A stretch of DNA of 64,000 nt from Candidatus Brocadiia bacterium (lineage in GTDB: Bacteria > Planctomycetota > Brocadiia > CAIUPP01), in NCBI GenBank assembly GCA_050015075.1, contig JBEKCB010000019.1, forward strand, positions 28,792 through 92,791, given 5' to 3'. The position numbers and the translations under genes were made by a program. This document shows, one piece after another, positions 29,000-39,559 of the stretch. A model generated the notes under the pieces. That model was not told the DNA's origin. It made no database searches and saw only the letters and a program-made list of their open reading frames with translations. Numbering within the stretch: position 1 is the first letter of the stretch; every line of letters starts with the position of its first letter.

Positions 29000-30469
29000 A
29001 TGTACTTATCTAAGAAAGTATGTCTGATCGCCATGGCCATTCTCTGCTCTGCGCTTGCCCAGAACGCTCGAGCCGAAAAAACCGATACCATCACTCAATA
29101 CGGGATCACATGGAAACTAAGTCAACCGACCGAGGTCGGGCAGTTTGTGACCGGCGACTACTATGTCGTGGGCGACTGCGAGGTTGTTTCCGTCACGCCT
29201 CCTCCCGGTAATGGACGGAACGGATGCGAGCTGAATCCGCCGCTCGATGACAATCACAGCGGATATGACAGCCGCGAAGAGGGACATCGTTACGACGCCA
29301 AGATGTGCACGCCACTGCCGGTTCGCATGAAGCCGGGCGATGCGCTCATGTCCACCATCAGCGTGACCGACCAGGAATACAAGACGACCACTCGTCGCTG
29401 GCTTCGAAAGATGGTCGTATCGCCCTGCCCGGTGAAAAGCGCCTGCGTGCTCACCTGCCTTGCCGCCGCCGTGCCGGCGGATGCCTTTCGTCCGTCCTAC
29501 TGCGACCGGTCGCAGAAGATTTATCTGGCAAGCAACCTGAAGCGGAACCTTCTGCCGAGCCTGCCGTACGGCCGGGATACGGTGGATACCGACCTCGGCC
29601 CCGTATCGCTGAAGGAACTTGAAGATCATTACATGCGGGTCTGGCTCGATCTGGTCTTCTTTTCCTTCGACGCGCCCGTGGAATACCAGCCGCAGTATGG
29701 CAGAGAATTAACCGAAGCGCCCGGCCTCGCCACGTTGCTCCTGGAGACGGATTTGCCGCTGGAGAGAAAAGAGAGGCTTCTGATCGGCGTGGTGCAGAAC
29801 GGGATTGATCTGTGGGGCATTGTGAGAGCCGGCTTCCATGGATGGCAGGCGCACGGAGGGCATGGGTCCGGCAGGAAATGGCCGATCGTGTTTGCCGGGA
29901 TGATGCTCGGCGACGATGAGATGGCCTCACCCACTAAGACGTATCCCAAGGTGCAGTTCGGGGAAGACATGCAGACCCTGTTCAAGCGTAGCTGGACGGG
30001 AGCGAACGTGGTTTACGCAGGGCATAACGGCGTGGATCGAAATGGAGAGGACGTCAATAAGAAACAGCCGGGATGGGGTCAGTACGAACATCTTCAGCCG
30101 AAGGACTGGCCGATTGATCCGGACGAGCCCGGCATGAACGAAGGTTACCGCCGTTTGAACGGGCCTCCGTGGGTCGGCGAAGCGCTGGCGGCGAGGATTA
30201 TGCACGCGGAAAAATACTGGGACCACGACGCGTTTTTCGCTTATGTGGATCGCTGGATGACGGAGGACGATGCGCCCTTCCGCAAAATCATCCAGGAGCA
30301 GACAACCTTCCCGCCTTATCCTTCACGCGGGCTGACCTATCCTTCCTATGATTGGCAAAGACAGACGTGGTACCCATTCGTGATGGAAATGTGGAATAAA
30401 TACCGCGACAATCTTCCGCCGGGCCCGAATGGCGAGAAGACCCCGCCGGCGGAAACGACTTGGAAGTAG
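29000..30469 (+). CDS. Secreted hypothetical protein
   Basis: Signal peptide (ARA), GGAGG RBS, Trp/Tyr-rich, lower GC. Confidence 0.8.
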   Translation: MYLSKKVCLIAMAILCSALAQNARAEKTDTITQYGITWKLSQPTEVGQFVTGDYYVVGDCEVVSVTPPPGNGRNGCELNPPLDDNHSGYDSREEGHRYDAKMCTPLPVRMKPGDALMSTISVTDQEYKTTTRRWLRKMVVSPCPVKSACVLTCLAAAVPADAFRPSYCDRSQKIYLASNLKRNLLPSLPYGRDTVDTDLGPVSLKELEDHYMRVWLDLVFFSFDAPVEYQPQYGRELTEAPGLATLLLETDLPLERKERLLIGVVQNGIDLWGIVRAGFHGWQAHGGHGSGRKWPIVFAGMMLGDDEMASPTKTYPKVQFGEDMQTLFKRSWTGANVVYAGHNGVDRNGEDVNKKQPGWGQYEHLQPKDWPIDPDEPGMNEGYRRLNGPPWVGEALAARIMHAEKYWDHDAFFAYVDRWMTEDDAPFRKIIQEQTTFPPYPSRGLTYPSYDWQRQTWYPFVMEMWNKYRDNLPPGPNGEKTPPAETTWK

Positions 30470-30508
30470 ATTGAATCCTTCGCCCCAGGCATGAGACGGC
30501 GCGGGCTA

Positions 30509-31078
30509 CTACATCCGCAGCGCCAAGGCCATCATTGTTTTCTTCTTCACGGCGTTCACGAGACCGCGCAATAATGCCAACCGGATGTTTATCACAAACA
30601 TAAGTGCGATGCAGACACAACCGGCTGCTGCGCAAAAGTGCATGGCGTAAATGAAGCCGTTCGCTTGCAAGGTATTCATAATGAGCGGCGGATAGTTAAG
30701 GGCATAACCGCAAAAGAACATAACCACGGTGAAGGCGGATGCCAGACAATAGCCGGAAATTGCGCCGGATATAGTTAGATGCAACTGGCTCTGCCAGGAT
30801 ACTATTTCAACAAGCGCTAGAGCCAGCCTGTCCTGGGGCAGCGTGCTGATGATGTCGCCATCCTTGGTGAAAATATTCTGAGAGAATAAAAACTTGCGAC
30901 GAGCCGCGCATTTCTGCCACTCGGCGGCAAGCCTCTTTCCTTTCGGTCCGCGTGAAAAGCCGCCCGCCAACCGATCACAGGTGTTTCGCAATTGGTCGGG
31001 GCACAGACAGACCAGCCCGGCGAAGACAAGGACCGCCAGGCCGGCGATGCCTATCCACTCAGGGGTTGTCATTGCCAC
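30509..31078 (-). CDS. Hypothetical membrane protein
   Basis: Several TM segments, lower GC. Confidence 0.6.
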   Translation of the reverse strand: MAMTTPEWIGIAGLAVLVFAGLVCLCPDQLRNTCDRLAGGFSRGPKGKRLAAEWQKCAARRKFLFSQNIFTKDGDIISTLPQDRLALALVEIVSWQSQLHLTISGAISGYCLASAFTVVMFFCGYALNYPPLIMNTLQANGFIYAMHFCAAAGCVCIALMFVINIRLALLRGLVNAVKKKTMMALALRM

Positions 31079-31109
31079 TCCGCTCCAGCGCCCGCACCGG
31101 GAAGTTCCG

Positions 31110-31580
31110 CTACGGCTTGACCGGTTCGTAGAACCCGCGGCCGAGATAGCGCAGCTTGCCCTGGCGGACCAGTTCCTGCCAGACCGATTCGGGCCACTCG
31201 CTGGGCGGGATAATGCCCGCGACGGTGGACTTGGCGCCCTTGGTCAACGGATTGCGGCCCAGCTTCGATTCCTCGTCCAGCACGGTGAGCGAGAACCGCT
31301 TTCGAAACGCCTGTAACGCTTTGGCGCAGATGTCGCCGCTGGGCGCATCGGGGACGGCGCCGGCAACCGGAGGGTTTCTAAACTCCTCGACCAGGCCTGC
31401 CAAACCCGCCGCGTCGCGCATGCCCACGACATCGCCCACGCGGTCGGCCGGCAACGGGGTCTTCTGGAGCAGACGGTACACCTGCTTCCACTCGCCCGAC
31501 GCCCGGCGCGGGTCGTCGTAGGCGCGGATGGCCGCTATCAGTTTATCGAGCGCTGCCAAAATCGCCGGGTCGGGGATCAT
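31110..31580 (-). CDS. Hypothetical protein with winged-helix-like C-terminus
   Basis: KALQAFRKR...DEESKLG...WQELVRQGKL.Y.G.GFY. Confidence 0.7.
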   Translation of the reverse strand: MIPDPAILAALDKLIAAIRAYDDPRRASGEWKQVYRLLQKTPLPADRVGDVVGMRDAAGLAGLVEEFRNPPVAGAVPDAPSGDICAKALQAFRKRFSLTVLDEESKLGRNPLTKGAKSTVAGIIPPSEWPESVWQELVRQGKLRYLGRGFYEPVKP

Positions 31581-31709
31581 CTTCGTTGCCTGTAATGAAG
31601 TGCCGGAAGATGTTCATATCTTCTGGCGTTTTATTCTCCCGCGACACATGATATCATTCTGGCGCTGTCGTTCACAATTGCAAAGGTGTTATCGAGGGAC
31701 GCCCACTTC

Positions 31710-32717
31710 ATGCGTCTCCCCATTTGCCTGATGATTGACGATCCTGCGCCCCTGATCAACGTCTACTGGTGGCACGTCGCCGCCCGGCAGAAAAGCGATG
31801 CGCCGGTTGAAGCCACGGGCGAACCGGTGCTGCGCGACGTGCCGCTCGATTTCATGCGCGAATTCGCCGACGTGGTTGCCGCCTGCAGTTTCCGCGGCAA
31901 GTTCACGGTCTTGCCCCATCCTGCGGGGCTGGGCAGGATCACCGAGGGATGGCCGGGCTGCGACCGGCGCGCGCTGGCGGAGTGGATCGCCATCGCCCGT
32001 GAGAGGCTTATGGGGCGGATGGATATCACGCCGGAAATCCTCACCCATGCCGCAGCGCTGGACCTGGAGACAGGCGCGCTCCTCTCCGAGAACGAGCGCG
32101 ACTGGTCCATCCATCAGACGGCCGCGACCCTGACGCCGTATATCGCTCATGCCCTGCAAATCCTCAAGGACGCGGGGCTGGAAGCCACCGGGGTCACTTC
32201 GCCCTGGAACTTCGGGCAGGCGGTGGAGGATGAGTATCAGCGCGCCATCCGCACGGCAATGCGGCAGGTCAGCGGGCGCGGACAATCATGGTATTTCTTG
32301 CACATGGATACCCGCGCGACGCGGTTTCTATCGCGTGTGGTGTGGCGCGAGAAGGACGACTGGCTGGTCAGCATCGTGGCGCAGTGCGACGATTATCTGT
32401 GGAAAACGATGCAGACGGCCGACTGCAGCGACGAGTATGTGCGGACGCTGGCTTCCGAGTATTTGACCGAGGACGGCCGAAGCGGCCGGCTGGCGGAGTT
32501 GTTCCGCGCCGGGACGCCGATGGTTTTGGTCACGCACTGGCAAAGCCTGTTTTCGAACGGTCGCCGCACGGGCCTGCGAGCACTGGCGGAGGTAGGACGG
32601 CGCGTGCGCGCGGCGTGGAAGTCGGACGCGCAATGGATGACCTGCGGCGAGCTGGCCGCTCACGTGGCGACCGGCGATTTGACGTCTTCCATTCAGGAAA
32701 GGCACTGTCCGCCATGA
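31710..32717 (+). CDS. Hypothetical protein, deacetylase-like fold
   Basis: LMIDD, DITPEILTH, GVTSPW.FG, THWQS. Confidence 0.7.
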   Translation: MRLPICLMIDDPAPLINVYWWHVAARQKSDAPVEATGEPVLRDVPLDFMREFADVVAACSFRGKFTVLPHPAGLGRITEGWPGCDRRALAEWIAIARERLMGRMDITPEILTHAAALDLETGALLSENERDWSIHQTAATLTPYIAHALQILKDAGLEATGVTSPWNFGQAVEDEYQRAIRTAMRQVSGRGQSWYFLHMDTRATRFLSRVVWREKDDWLVSIVAQCDDYLWKTMQTADCSDEYVRTLASEYLTEDGRSGRLAELFRAGTPMVLVTHWQSLFSNGRRTGLRALAEVGRRVRAAWKSDAQWMTCGELAAHVATGDLTSSIQERHCPP

Positions 32718-33739
32718 CCCCTCGCGACGTTGTCCTTGCGGCGATCCGGTTCGAGAACCCTCCTTATGTCCCCTGGAACGTGGGCTTCACGGTGAAGCCG
32801 GCGGAAAAGCTCGCGCGGCATTTCGGGTCCAGGGACCTTCAGCCGTTCATCAAGAACCATGTGGGCGATCTCAAGTCCCCGACTCGCGACTTCCTCGAGG
32901 AATCGCCGGGGATGTTTCGCGACGCTTACGGAGTCCTGTGGGACCGCACCGTGGACAAGGATATCGGCACGCCTTGCGAATACCCGTTGCGCGAGCCGAC
33001 GCTGAAGGGGTACTCCTTTCCCGCGCTTCGTCCGAGAGAGAACAAATATCGGGAGCTGATAGGCTCATGGCCCGGCCTTGCCGTGCGGTTCGGCATCGGC
33101 TTCAGCCTGTTCGAGCGAGCGTGGACGCTGCGCGGCATGGAGAACCTCCTGATGGACTTCGTGGCGCGGCCGCGCTTTGTCCACGAACTGCTCGACGCGA
33201 TTTGCCAGCACAACCTGCAGCTCATCGAATGGGGATTGCAGTTCGACCCCGACCTTGTCTATTTCGGCGATGACTGGGGCCAGCAGCGCGGACTGATCAT
33301 GGGGCCCAAGCTCTGGCGGGAGTTCATCAAGCCGAGGCTCAAGCGGATGTACAGCCGCGTGCGCGAGGCGGGGAAGCTCGTCAGCATACACTCCTGCGGA
33401 GACGTGGACGAGCTGTTTGACGACTTGGTGGAACTGGGCCTCAACCTCTTCAATCCCTTCCAGCCCGAGGTGATGGACATCTATGCCCTCAAGAAAAAGT
33501 ATCACGGACGGCTGGCTTTTCATGGCGGCTTGAGCATTCAGCGGGTGCTGCCGTTCGGCACGCCGGATGAGGTCCGCGCCGAGACGCGCCGGCTGATCCG
33601 CGAGATCGGACGAGGCGGAGGCTACATCTTCGCCCCGGCGCATGACGTGCCCGGCGACGTCCCCCTGGAGAACATCCTCGCCTTCATGGAAGTCCTCCAA
33701 AACCAACCCGGGTTCCGCGAAATGAGTTGGCCCTCGTGA
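32714..33739 (+). CDS. Uroporphyrinogen decarboxylase (URO-D / MtaA-CmuA) family protein
   Basis: LRGMENLLMD, FGDDWG, HSCG, NPFQPE, GGYIFAPAH. Confidence 0.88.
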   Translation: MTPRDVVLAAIRFENPPYVPWNVGFTVKPAEKLARHFGSRDLQPFIKNHVGDLKSPTRDFLEESPGMFRDAYGVLWDRTVDKDIGTPCEYPLREPTLKGYSFPALRPRENKYRELIGSWPGLAVRFGIGFSLFERAWTLRGMENLLMDFVARPRFVHELLDAICQHNLQLIEWGLQFDPDLVYFGDDWGQQRGLIMGPKLWREFIKPRLKRMYSRVREAGKLVSIHSCGDVDELFDDLVELGLNLFNPFQPEVMDIYALKKKYHGRLAFHGGLSIQRVLPFGTPDEVRAETRRLIREIGRGGGYIFAPAHDVPGDVPLENILAFMEVLQNQPGFREMSWPS

Positions 33740-33757
33740 GAGCGCTTTCGCAGGCGC

Positions 33758-34669
33758 TCAAGTCCGCATGTGTCGCCAGAAGTCGCGGCGGAACGTGCTG
33801 GGAGGCATGCCGCACCGCTTGCGGAATGCCTTGGAGAAGTGGAAGGCGTCGCAGAAGCCGGTCTGCCGGGCAATGGCGTCCATCTTCAGGCCGCGCAGCA
33901 GCAGGTTGCGGGCCAGTTCCATCCGCAGATCGGCCAGCGCGGCCATCGGGCTCTGGCCGGCTTCCCAGGCGTAGCGGTGCGAGAAGGCCGACGGGCTCAT
34001 GCGCAGGTGCCGGGCGACGGCGGCGATGGTGATCCGCTCGGCCAGCCGCGGGCGGAAGAACTCCCGGGCGGCATCCGCGAGGCGCTTGGCCGGCGCGGCG
34101 CGGCCGCCGGGCAGGCTGAAGCCCGCGCCGATCTGCCTGATCTCGCCGGCCCGCTTGCCCGCGGCGGGGAGCGCCGGAAGCGAGCAGAGCAGCGCCAGGA
34201 TCGCGGCCAATTCGCTCTGCGCCCGCCAGAAGCCCGCCTCGCCCGCGGTCGCGCCGGCCTGGGCCATCTCGTGGAGGTGCGGTTCCAGCAGGCGCGCGGG
34301 GTCGGAGATTCGCACGAACCGCCGATGAGGGTCCACCAGCCGCCGCAGCGCCGCCTCCTCGCCGCCGGCGAAGATCACCCACGCCTCGCGGACGGGCCCG
34401 CGAAGAGCGGAGGTGTCCTCCCAGTACGGCGTGCCGGGCGGGTAGAGGTGAACGGTGCCGGCCGCCCGCGCCTCCCAGGGAGATCGCGGAGAGCCCACGC
34501 GCGCCAGGCCGCAGTCGGACCGCGCATAGTCCAGCACCCAGAGCTTGTTGAGGTGGCGGTGGGTCGGGCCGCCCGCGGGCGGTCGTTGGCCGTACTGCGC
34601 GGAGACGACCCGCGGCAGGACCGCCGCCGGAGCCATCGTCCAGGTATGACCGATCCAGGCCGGTTTCAT
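33758..34669 (-). CDS. AraC-family transcriptional regulator
   Basis: C-terminal IARQTGFCDAFHFSKAFRKRCGMPPSTFR. Confidence 0.9.
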   Translation of the reverse strand: MKPAWIGHTWTMAPAAVLPRVVSAQYGQRPPAGGPTHRHLNKLWVLDYARSDCGLARVGSPRSPWEARAAGTVHLYPPGTPYWEDTSALRGPVREAWVIFAGGEEAALRRLVDPHRRFVRISDPARLLEPHLHEMAQAGATAGEAGFWRAQSELAAILALLCSLPALPAAGKRAGEIRQIGAGFSLPGGRAAPAKRLADAAREFFRPRLAERITIAAVARHLRMSPSAFSHRYAWEAGQSPMAALADLRMELARNLLLRGLKMDAIARQTGFCDAFHFSKAFRKRCGMPPSTFRRDFWRHMRT

Positions 34670-34778
34670 GCTTGCAAGATTATACATGAAGAATGCCGTT
34701 TTTTCCATTCCCCTTCGGCCTTGTGGCGAGGAGAATGGAGAGTCGTTTCCAGTTGGATTCGCTCTCAGGAGAAGAACC

Positions 34779-36146
34779 GTGGAAAAACTGGCGTTGGACG
34801 GCGGGCCGAAGGCGTATCCGGGGATGCAGGGGAAAAAGGAGCCGAAGATCGGCATGGATGAGTTCGTGGCCATAGCCGAGCGGTTCGGGTTCAGCGCGGA
34901 GGCGATCAAGCGCATCCGGGCGGCCGTCTCGAACGCGGACCTCCAGGACGGCGAGGCGAACCTGGCACGGTACTACTGCCCCAACCCGCAGCGGCCGGCC
35001 GGGCCGAAGTTCGAGGCCCTGGCGCGGAAGAAGTTCGGCGTGAAGTACGCGCTCGCGGCGAGTTCGGGCACGGGCGCCCTGCACGCGGCATTCGTGGCGG
35101 CAGGCGTCGGGCCGGGCACCGAGGTCATCGTGCCGGCCATCGGCTTCATGGCGACGGCCTCCAGCGTATTGCTCGCCGGCGGCGTGCCGGTCTTCTGCGA
35201 CGTGGACGAGTCGCTGCACATGGACCCCGCGAAGCTCGAAGCCTGCATCACGCCCCGGACGGCAGCCATGGCGCCGACGCACCACTGGGGCGGAGTGGCC
35301 GATATGGACCCGATCCTGAAGATCGCGCGGAAGCACAACCTGAAGGTGATCGAGGATTGCGCGCAATCGCCCGGCGCGAAGTACCGCGGCAAGTACGTCG
35401 GCTCGATCGGCGACCTGGGCTGCTTCAGCATCTCGGCGTACAAGATCATCGGCGGCGGCGAGGGCGGCATGGTGACCACGAACGACGAGCGGCTCTACGA
35501 GCGGGCCTGCCAGCTCGCCGAGTGCGGCGGGCTGTGGCGCAAGGACCGATTCGCCCCGCCCCGCTACGAGGGCGAGCTGTTCTTCGGTACGAACTACCGC
35601 ATGTCGGACCTGGAAGCCGCCGTGGACCTGGTGCAACTCGGAAAGCTGGACGACGTCGTCCGCCGCTACCACGACGTGAAGACGCGGATCGTTCAGCAGC
35701 TCACGCCGTGCCGGCAGGTCGTTCCGCAGAAGGTGAACGACGCGGACGGGCAGATCGGCTACCTGCTGCGGTTTTTCCCGCAGACGACGGAGCTGGGCGC
35801 GAAGATCGTGGCGGCCCTGAAGGCCGAGGGCGTTTCGTGCGGCACGCGCGGCTCCAAGGGCGGCCCCGACTGGCACCATTATTCGTACATGTTCCCGGTG
35901 GTGCTGAAGGCTCCGATGGCGGCCGGCGCGTCGCCCTTCACCGACCCGCGCTACACGAAGGCCGGCGGAAAGGCGGAGTATCACCGCGGCGGCTGCCCGG
36001 TGGCCGACGATCTGTACGACCGTTGCGTGTCCGTCTACCTCGACCAGTGGTACTCGCCGGCCGACTGCGACAACATCGCCAAGGCGATCAACAAGGTGCT
36101 GGAAGCGTATTGCACGCCGGATCCCGCCGCGGCGAAGTGGCAGTAG
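34779..36146 (+). CDS. DegT/DnrJ/EryC1/StrS PLP-dependent aminotransferase
   Basis: SGTGALH, IEDCAQ, S...YK...GEGG, NYRMS. Confidence 0.9.
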   Translation: MEKLALDGGPKAYPGMQGKKEPKIGMDEFVAIAERFGFSAEAIKRIRAAVSNADLQDGEANLARYYCPNPQRPAGPKFEALARKKFGVKYALAASSGTGALHAAFVAAGVGPGTEVIVPAIGFMATASSVLLAGGVPVFCDVDESLHMDPAKLEACITPRTAAMAPTHHWGGVADMDPILKIARKHNLKVIEDCAQSPGAKYRGKYVGSIGDLGCFSISAYKIIGGGEGGMVTTNDERLYERACQLAECGGLWRKDRFAPPRYEGELFFGTNYRMSDLEAAVDLVQLGKLDDVVRRYHDVKTRIVQQLTPCRQVVPQKVNDADGQIGYLLRFFPQTTELGAKIVAALKAEGVSCGTRGSKGGPDWHHYSYMFPVVLKAPMAAGASPFTDPRYTKAGGKAEYHRGGCPVADDLYDRCVSVYLDQWYSPADCDNIAKAINKVLEAYCTPDPAAAKWQ

Positions 36147-36164
36147 CAGCGGCAGTATAGTGGA

Positions 36165-37772
36165 GTGATTCCCATGGAACCGATCCGCTGGAACTACTTC
36201 GACGCGCACTGCATCGTCGGCCGGCACTGCAAGCTCGAGGCCGGCGGCCTGCACACGGCCGACGAGCTGCTGGAGGAGATGGACTATTACGACATCGCCG
36301 AGGCGCTCGTCGTGGACAGCCTTTCGCGCGAGAACCATCCGTACGAGGGCAACCGCCGCGTGCTGGAAGCGACCGCGGGCCGGCCGCGACTGCACCCTGC
36401 CTGGGCCGCCCTGCCGCCGGGCACCGACGAGCAGCCCGCGCCGGCGGAACTCCTGGCGCAGATGCGAAAGCACCGCGTCGGCGCCCTGTTCCTCTACACG
36501 GCGCAGTACCGGATTTCCCTGGCCGACTGGTGCATTGACGCGCTCCTGGAGCCGCTGGAAGCCGCCGGCGCGCCTGTATTCCTTTGCGCCGCCGAGATCG
36601 GACCCGGCTGGGAGAACCAGGACCAGACCGACTGGAACGCCGTCGTGGACCTGTGCCGCCGCCGGCCGAAGCTGCCGGTCATCGTCAGCGAGTTCCGCAT
36701 TCGCCGCGGCCAGCGGCAGGCCTATCGCGCGCTGGACGCCTGCCCCAACCTGCGGATCGAGTTGGCCGGCTGGTGGCTGCACCACGGTATCGAGTACATC
36801 ACCCGGCGATGGGGCGCCGAGCGGTTGATCTTCGGCTCCAACTGGCCCCGCTTCGGCCAGAACATGACCATCGCCCCGCTCTCCTGCGCCGACATCAGTG
36901 ACGCCGACAAGCGCAAGATCGCCGGAGACAACCTTCGCGGGCTGATCTCCTGGTGCAGGCCGGCGCATCCGAAAGTGCCCCACCGCCCGGCCGCGGACGA
37001 GTTCGTCGAGTTCGGGCGCACCGGCCGGCGGCCGGCGACCATGGAATTCCACGATTGCCACGGCCACCTCGGCGGACACGCCGCCCACTACCATCTGCCC
37101 GACTGCGATCTGGAAGGGATCGTCCACGAGATGGATCGGCTGGGCGAGCGGAAGATCTGCGTCTTCAGCTTCGCGGGCGTCCACGGCGACGAGAAATTCG
37201 GCAACGATTACGTGGCCGAGGCCGTGCGGCTGCACCCGGACCGGTTCGTCGGCTTTACTCTGTTGAACCCCCATCGCGGGCGCGACGGGATGCTCCGCGA
37301 GCTGGAACGATGTTCGCGCCTCGGCCTGCGGGGCGTAAAGCTGATCCCTTATTACCAAGGCTACCCGGAGGAAGGCCCGTTGATTGACGTGGCCGTGCAG
37401 TGGGCGCACGAGCGGAAGCAGGTTATTCTGGACCACAGTTGGGGCTCGCCCGCGCAGATGGAGCGGCTGCTGAAAACGTATCCGAACGCCTGCCTCATCA
37501 CCGGCCACTGCAACGTGGCGTACGCGGAATTGATGAAGCAGTTCGCCAACCTGTTCGTCTGTTCGTGCCCGCTCATCGGCCCGCGGGCGTGCGAGGAGAC
37601 GGTGGCGAAAATCGGCGCCGACCGCCTGCTCTTCGGCAGCGATCTCCAGGACCTGCCCATCGCCTGGGGGCTGGGTCCGATCCTCTTCTCGCGGCTGCCG
37701 GTCGAGTCGAAGAAGCTCATCCTCGGCGGGAACATACGCAGAATCCTGGAGCAGTACAGCCTGAAGCCGTGA
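36165..37772 (+). CDS. Protein with two tandem amidohydrolase domains
   Basis: DAHC...IFGSNWP then DCHGH...LFGSD...ILGGN. Confidence 0.85.
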   Translation: MIPMEPIRWNYFDAHCIVGRHCKLEAGGLHTADELLEEMDYYDIAEALVVDSLSRENHPYEGNRRVLEATAGRPRLHPAWAALPPGTDEQPAPAELLAQMRKHRVGALFLYTAQYRISLADWCIDALLEPLEAAGAPVFLCAAEIGPGWENQDQTDWNAVVDLCRRRPKLPVIVSEFRIRRGQRQAYRALDACPNLRIELAGWWLHHGIEYITRRWGAERLIFGSNWPRFGQNMTIAPLSCADISDADKRKIAGDNLRGLISWCRPAHPKVPHRPAADEFVEFGRTGRRPATMEFHDCHGHLGGHAAHYHLPDCDLEGIVHEMDRLGERKICVFSFAGVHGDEKFGNDYVAEAVRLHPDRFVGFTLLNPHRGRDGMLRELERCSRLGLRGVKLIPYYQGYPEEGPLIDVAVQWAHERKQVILDHSWGSPAQMERLLKTYPNACLITGHCNVAYAELMKQFANLFVCSCPLIGPRACEETVAKIGADRLLFGSDLQDLPIAWGLGPILFSRLPVESKKLILGGNIRRILEQYSLKP

Positions 37773-37820
37773 GTGTGCTCGAGTCAGTTTCTTTGAGCTT
37801 ATCCCTCTGAGAGGACCGTC

Positions 37821-38648
37821 ATGGCGAAGGCCAAGTCGAAACAGGGCATCGAAATCCTCTCGCAAACGCCCGCGACCGGGAGCGAGTTTCCGCAGGGCGT
37901 CATTCGGCTGGAGTTCCGCAGCAATATTGACGGAGCGAAGGACTGGGCGCTCCTCTGGCCGCCCGAGCGCGGCGGTCATTGGTGCGTGGTCATTCACGGC
38001 TACGGCTCGAACGGCGACCAGATATTCGTGCGCGAGGACATCCGGCGGGACTGGCTGCCGCGCTTCCGCGACCGCGGCATGGGAATCCTGGCGCCGAACC
38101 ATCGCAACAACGGCTGGATGGGCCCGCGCGCGGCGGCGGACCTGCACGCCCAGCTCGAGTTCGTCCGCCGCGAGTTCGGCGCGAAGCGGTTCACTTTCAT
38201 CTCCGGCTCGATGGGCGGAAGCTGCAACCTGATCTATGCGGTGCTGCATCCCGACGACGTGTCGGCCGTCGTGGCGCTCTGCCCGGTCACCGACCTGGGC
38301 CCCTTCTACAGTTGGCGCGACGCCAACGTGCCGCCGGCATCGGTCGCCGGCTCCCTCGCGGACATCCGCGCGCAATACGACGGCTCGCCGGCGGAGCGGC
38401 CGGACATCTATCGCCGCCATTCTCCCCTGAAGAACGCGGCGCGGCTGACGATGCCCCTTTACCTGTGCCACGGCGACGCGGATGCCATCGTCCCCGTCGA
38501 GGAGTCCCGCGCCCTGGCGGCTGTGTGCAAGAATCCCCGTTTCCGCTATCGCGAACTGCCCGGCGGCCACCACGATTCGCCCCTCGCGCCGGACATCATG
38601 GACGAGGCGCTCGATTGGGTCCTCGGCCCAGCCGGTGCGGGAAGTTGA
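37821..38648 (+). CDS. Alpha/beta hydrolase (S9-like)
   Basis: HGYG, GSMGG nucleophile elbow, HGDAD..VP, GGHH. Confidence 0.85.
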   Translation: MAKAKSKQGIEILSQTPATGSEFPQGVIRLEFRSNIDGAKDWALLWPPERGGHWCVVIHGYGSNGDQIFVREDIRRDWLPRFRDRGMGILAPNHRNNGWMGPRAAADLHAQLEFVRREFGAKRFTFISGSMGGSCNLIYAVLHPDDVSAVVALCPVTDLGPFYSWRDANVPPASVAGSLADIRAQYDGSPAERPDIYRRHSPLKNAARLTMPLYLCHGDADAIVPVEESRALAAVCKNPRFRYRELPGGHHDSPLAPDIMDEALDWVLGPAGAGS

Positions 38649-38712
38649 GCGAGGGTCAAAGGACGCGAGAAAGACGCATTTTTTGATCGCCGGATAACCC
38701 GGAGGAAAGCCC

Positions 38713-39492
38713 ATGCGGATCAAGCAATCGTTCTGCTACCCCTGCTTCAAGCGGAAGGAGCGGAGCCTGGCCGAGCTGTGCAACGCGGCCGCGAAAATCG
38801 GCTATGCGGGCGTCGAGCTGTGGTTCCGCGGCCCGGACTTCGATGAGCTTGCCGCCGCGGCCAAGGGCGCCGGCCTCGCACTCGCGTCCATGTGCGGCCA
38901 TGAGACTCTCGGCGACGGCCTCAACAAGCGGTCCAACCACGACCGCATCGAAGCCGAGGTCCGCGAGTCGCTGGAGATCGCCTCGCGCCTGGGCATCCCG
39001 GGCCTGATCTGTTTCAGCGGCAACCGCAACGCAGGGCAAGCCGACGCCGACGCCATCGAGGCGTGCGCCGAGGGCCTGCGCCGCGTCGCTCCCTACGCCG
39101 AGGCCAAGGGCATCAACCTGAACGTCGAACTGCTCAACTCCAAGGTGGACCACGCCGGCTACCAGGCCGACCACACCGCCTGGGGCGCGGCGGTCTGCCG
39201 CAAAGTCGGGTCCCCTCGGGTGAAGCTGCTCTACGACATCTACCACATGCAGATCATGGAGGGCGACGTAATCCGCACGATCCGCGAGAACATCGCGCAC
39301 ATCGGCCACTTCCACACCGCAGGCAACCCCGACCGCAAGGACCTGGACGACGCGCAGGAGTTGAACTACGTGGGCATCTGCCGGGCCATCGCGAGGAGCG
39401 GATACGGCCTCTACGTCGCGCATGAGTTCACGCCCCGCGGCGACCCCATCGAGGCGCTGCGGACCGCGTTCGCAATCTGCAATCAGGAATAG
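38713..39492 (+). CDS. Hydroxypyruvate isomerase-like TIM barrel protein
   Basis: ELLNSKVDH, YDIYHMQIMEG, HFHTAGNP.R, HEF. Confidence 0.88.
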   Translation: MRIKQSFCYPCFKRKERSLAELCNAAAKIGYAGVELWFRGPDFDELAAAAKGAGLALASMCGHETLGDGLNKRSNHDRIEAEVRESLEIASRLGIPGLICFSGNRNAGQADADAIEACAEGLRRVAPYAEAKGINLNVELLNSKVDHAGYQADHTAWGAAVCRKVGSPRVKLLYDIYHMQIMEGDVIRTIRENIAHIGHFHTAGNPDRKDLDDAQELNYVGICRAIARSGYGLYVAHEFTPRGDPIEALRTAFAICNQE

Positions 39493-39559
39493 CGGCGCGG
39501 GCGTCGCTCCGGCACGCAGGCGCCTCTTCTGCCCGGCGGGTGAAGTTGTTTACCGGCCC

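Noticed and set aside
34680-38723. 1347-aa minus-strand ORF and similar long antisense ORFs (4597-6822, 24298-26358, 45508-47484, 39947-41635)
   Set aside because: Shadow frames opposite well-supported genes in GC-rich DNA; no recognisable motifs.
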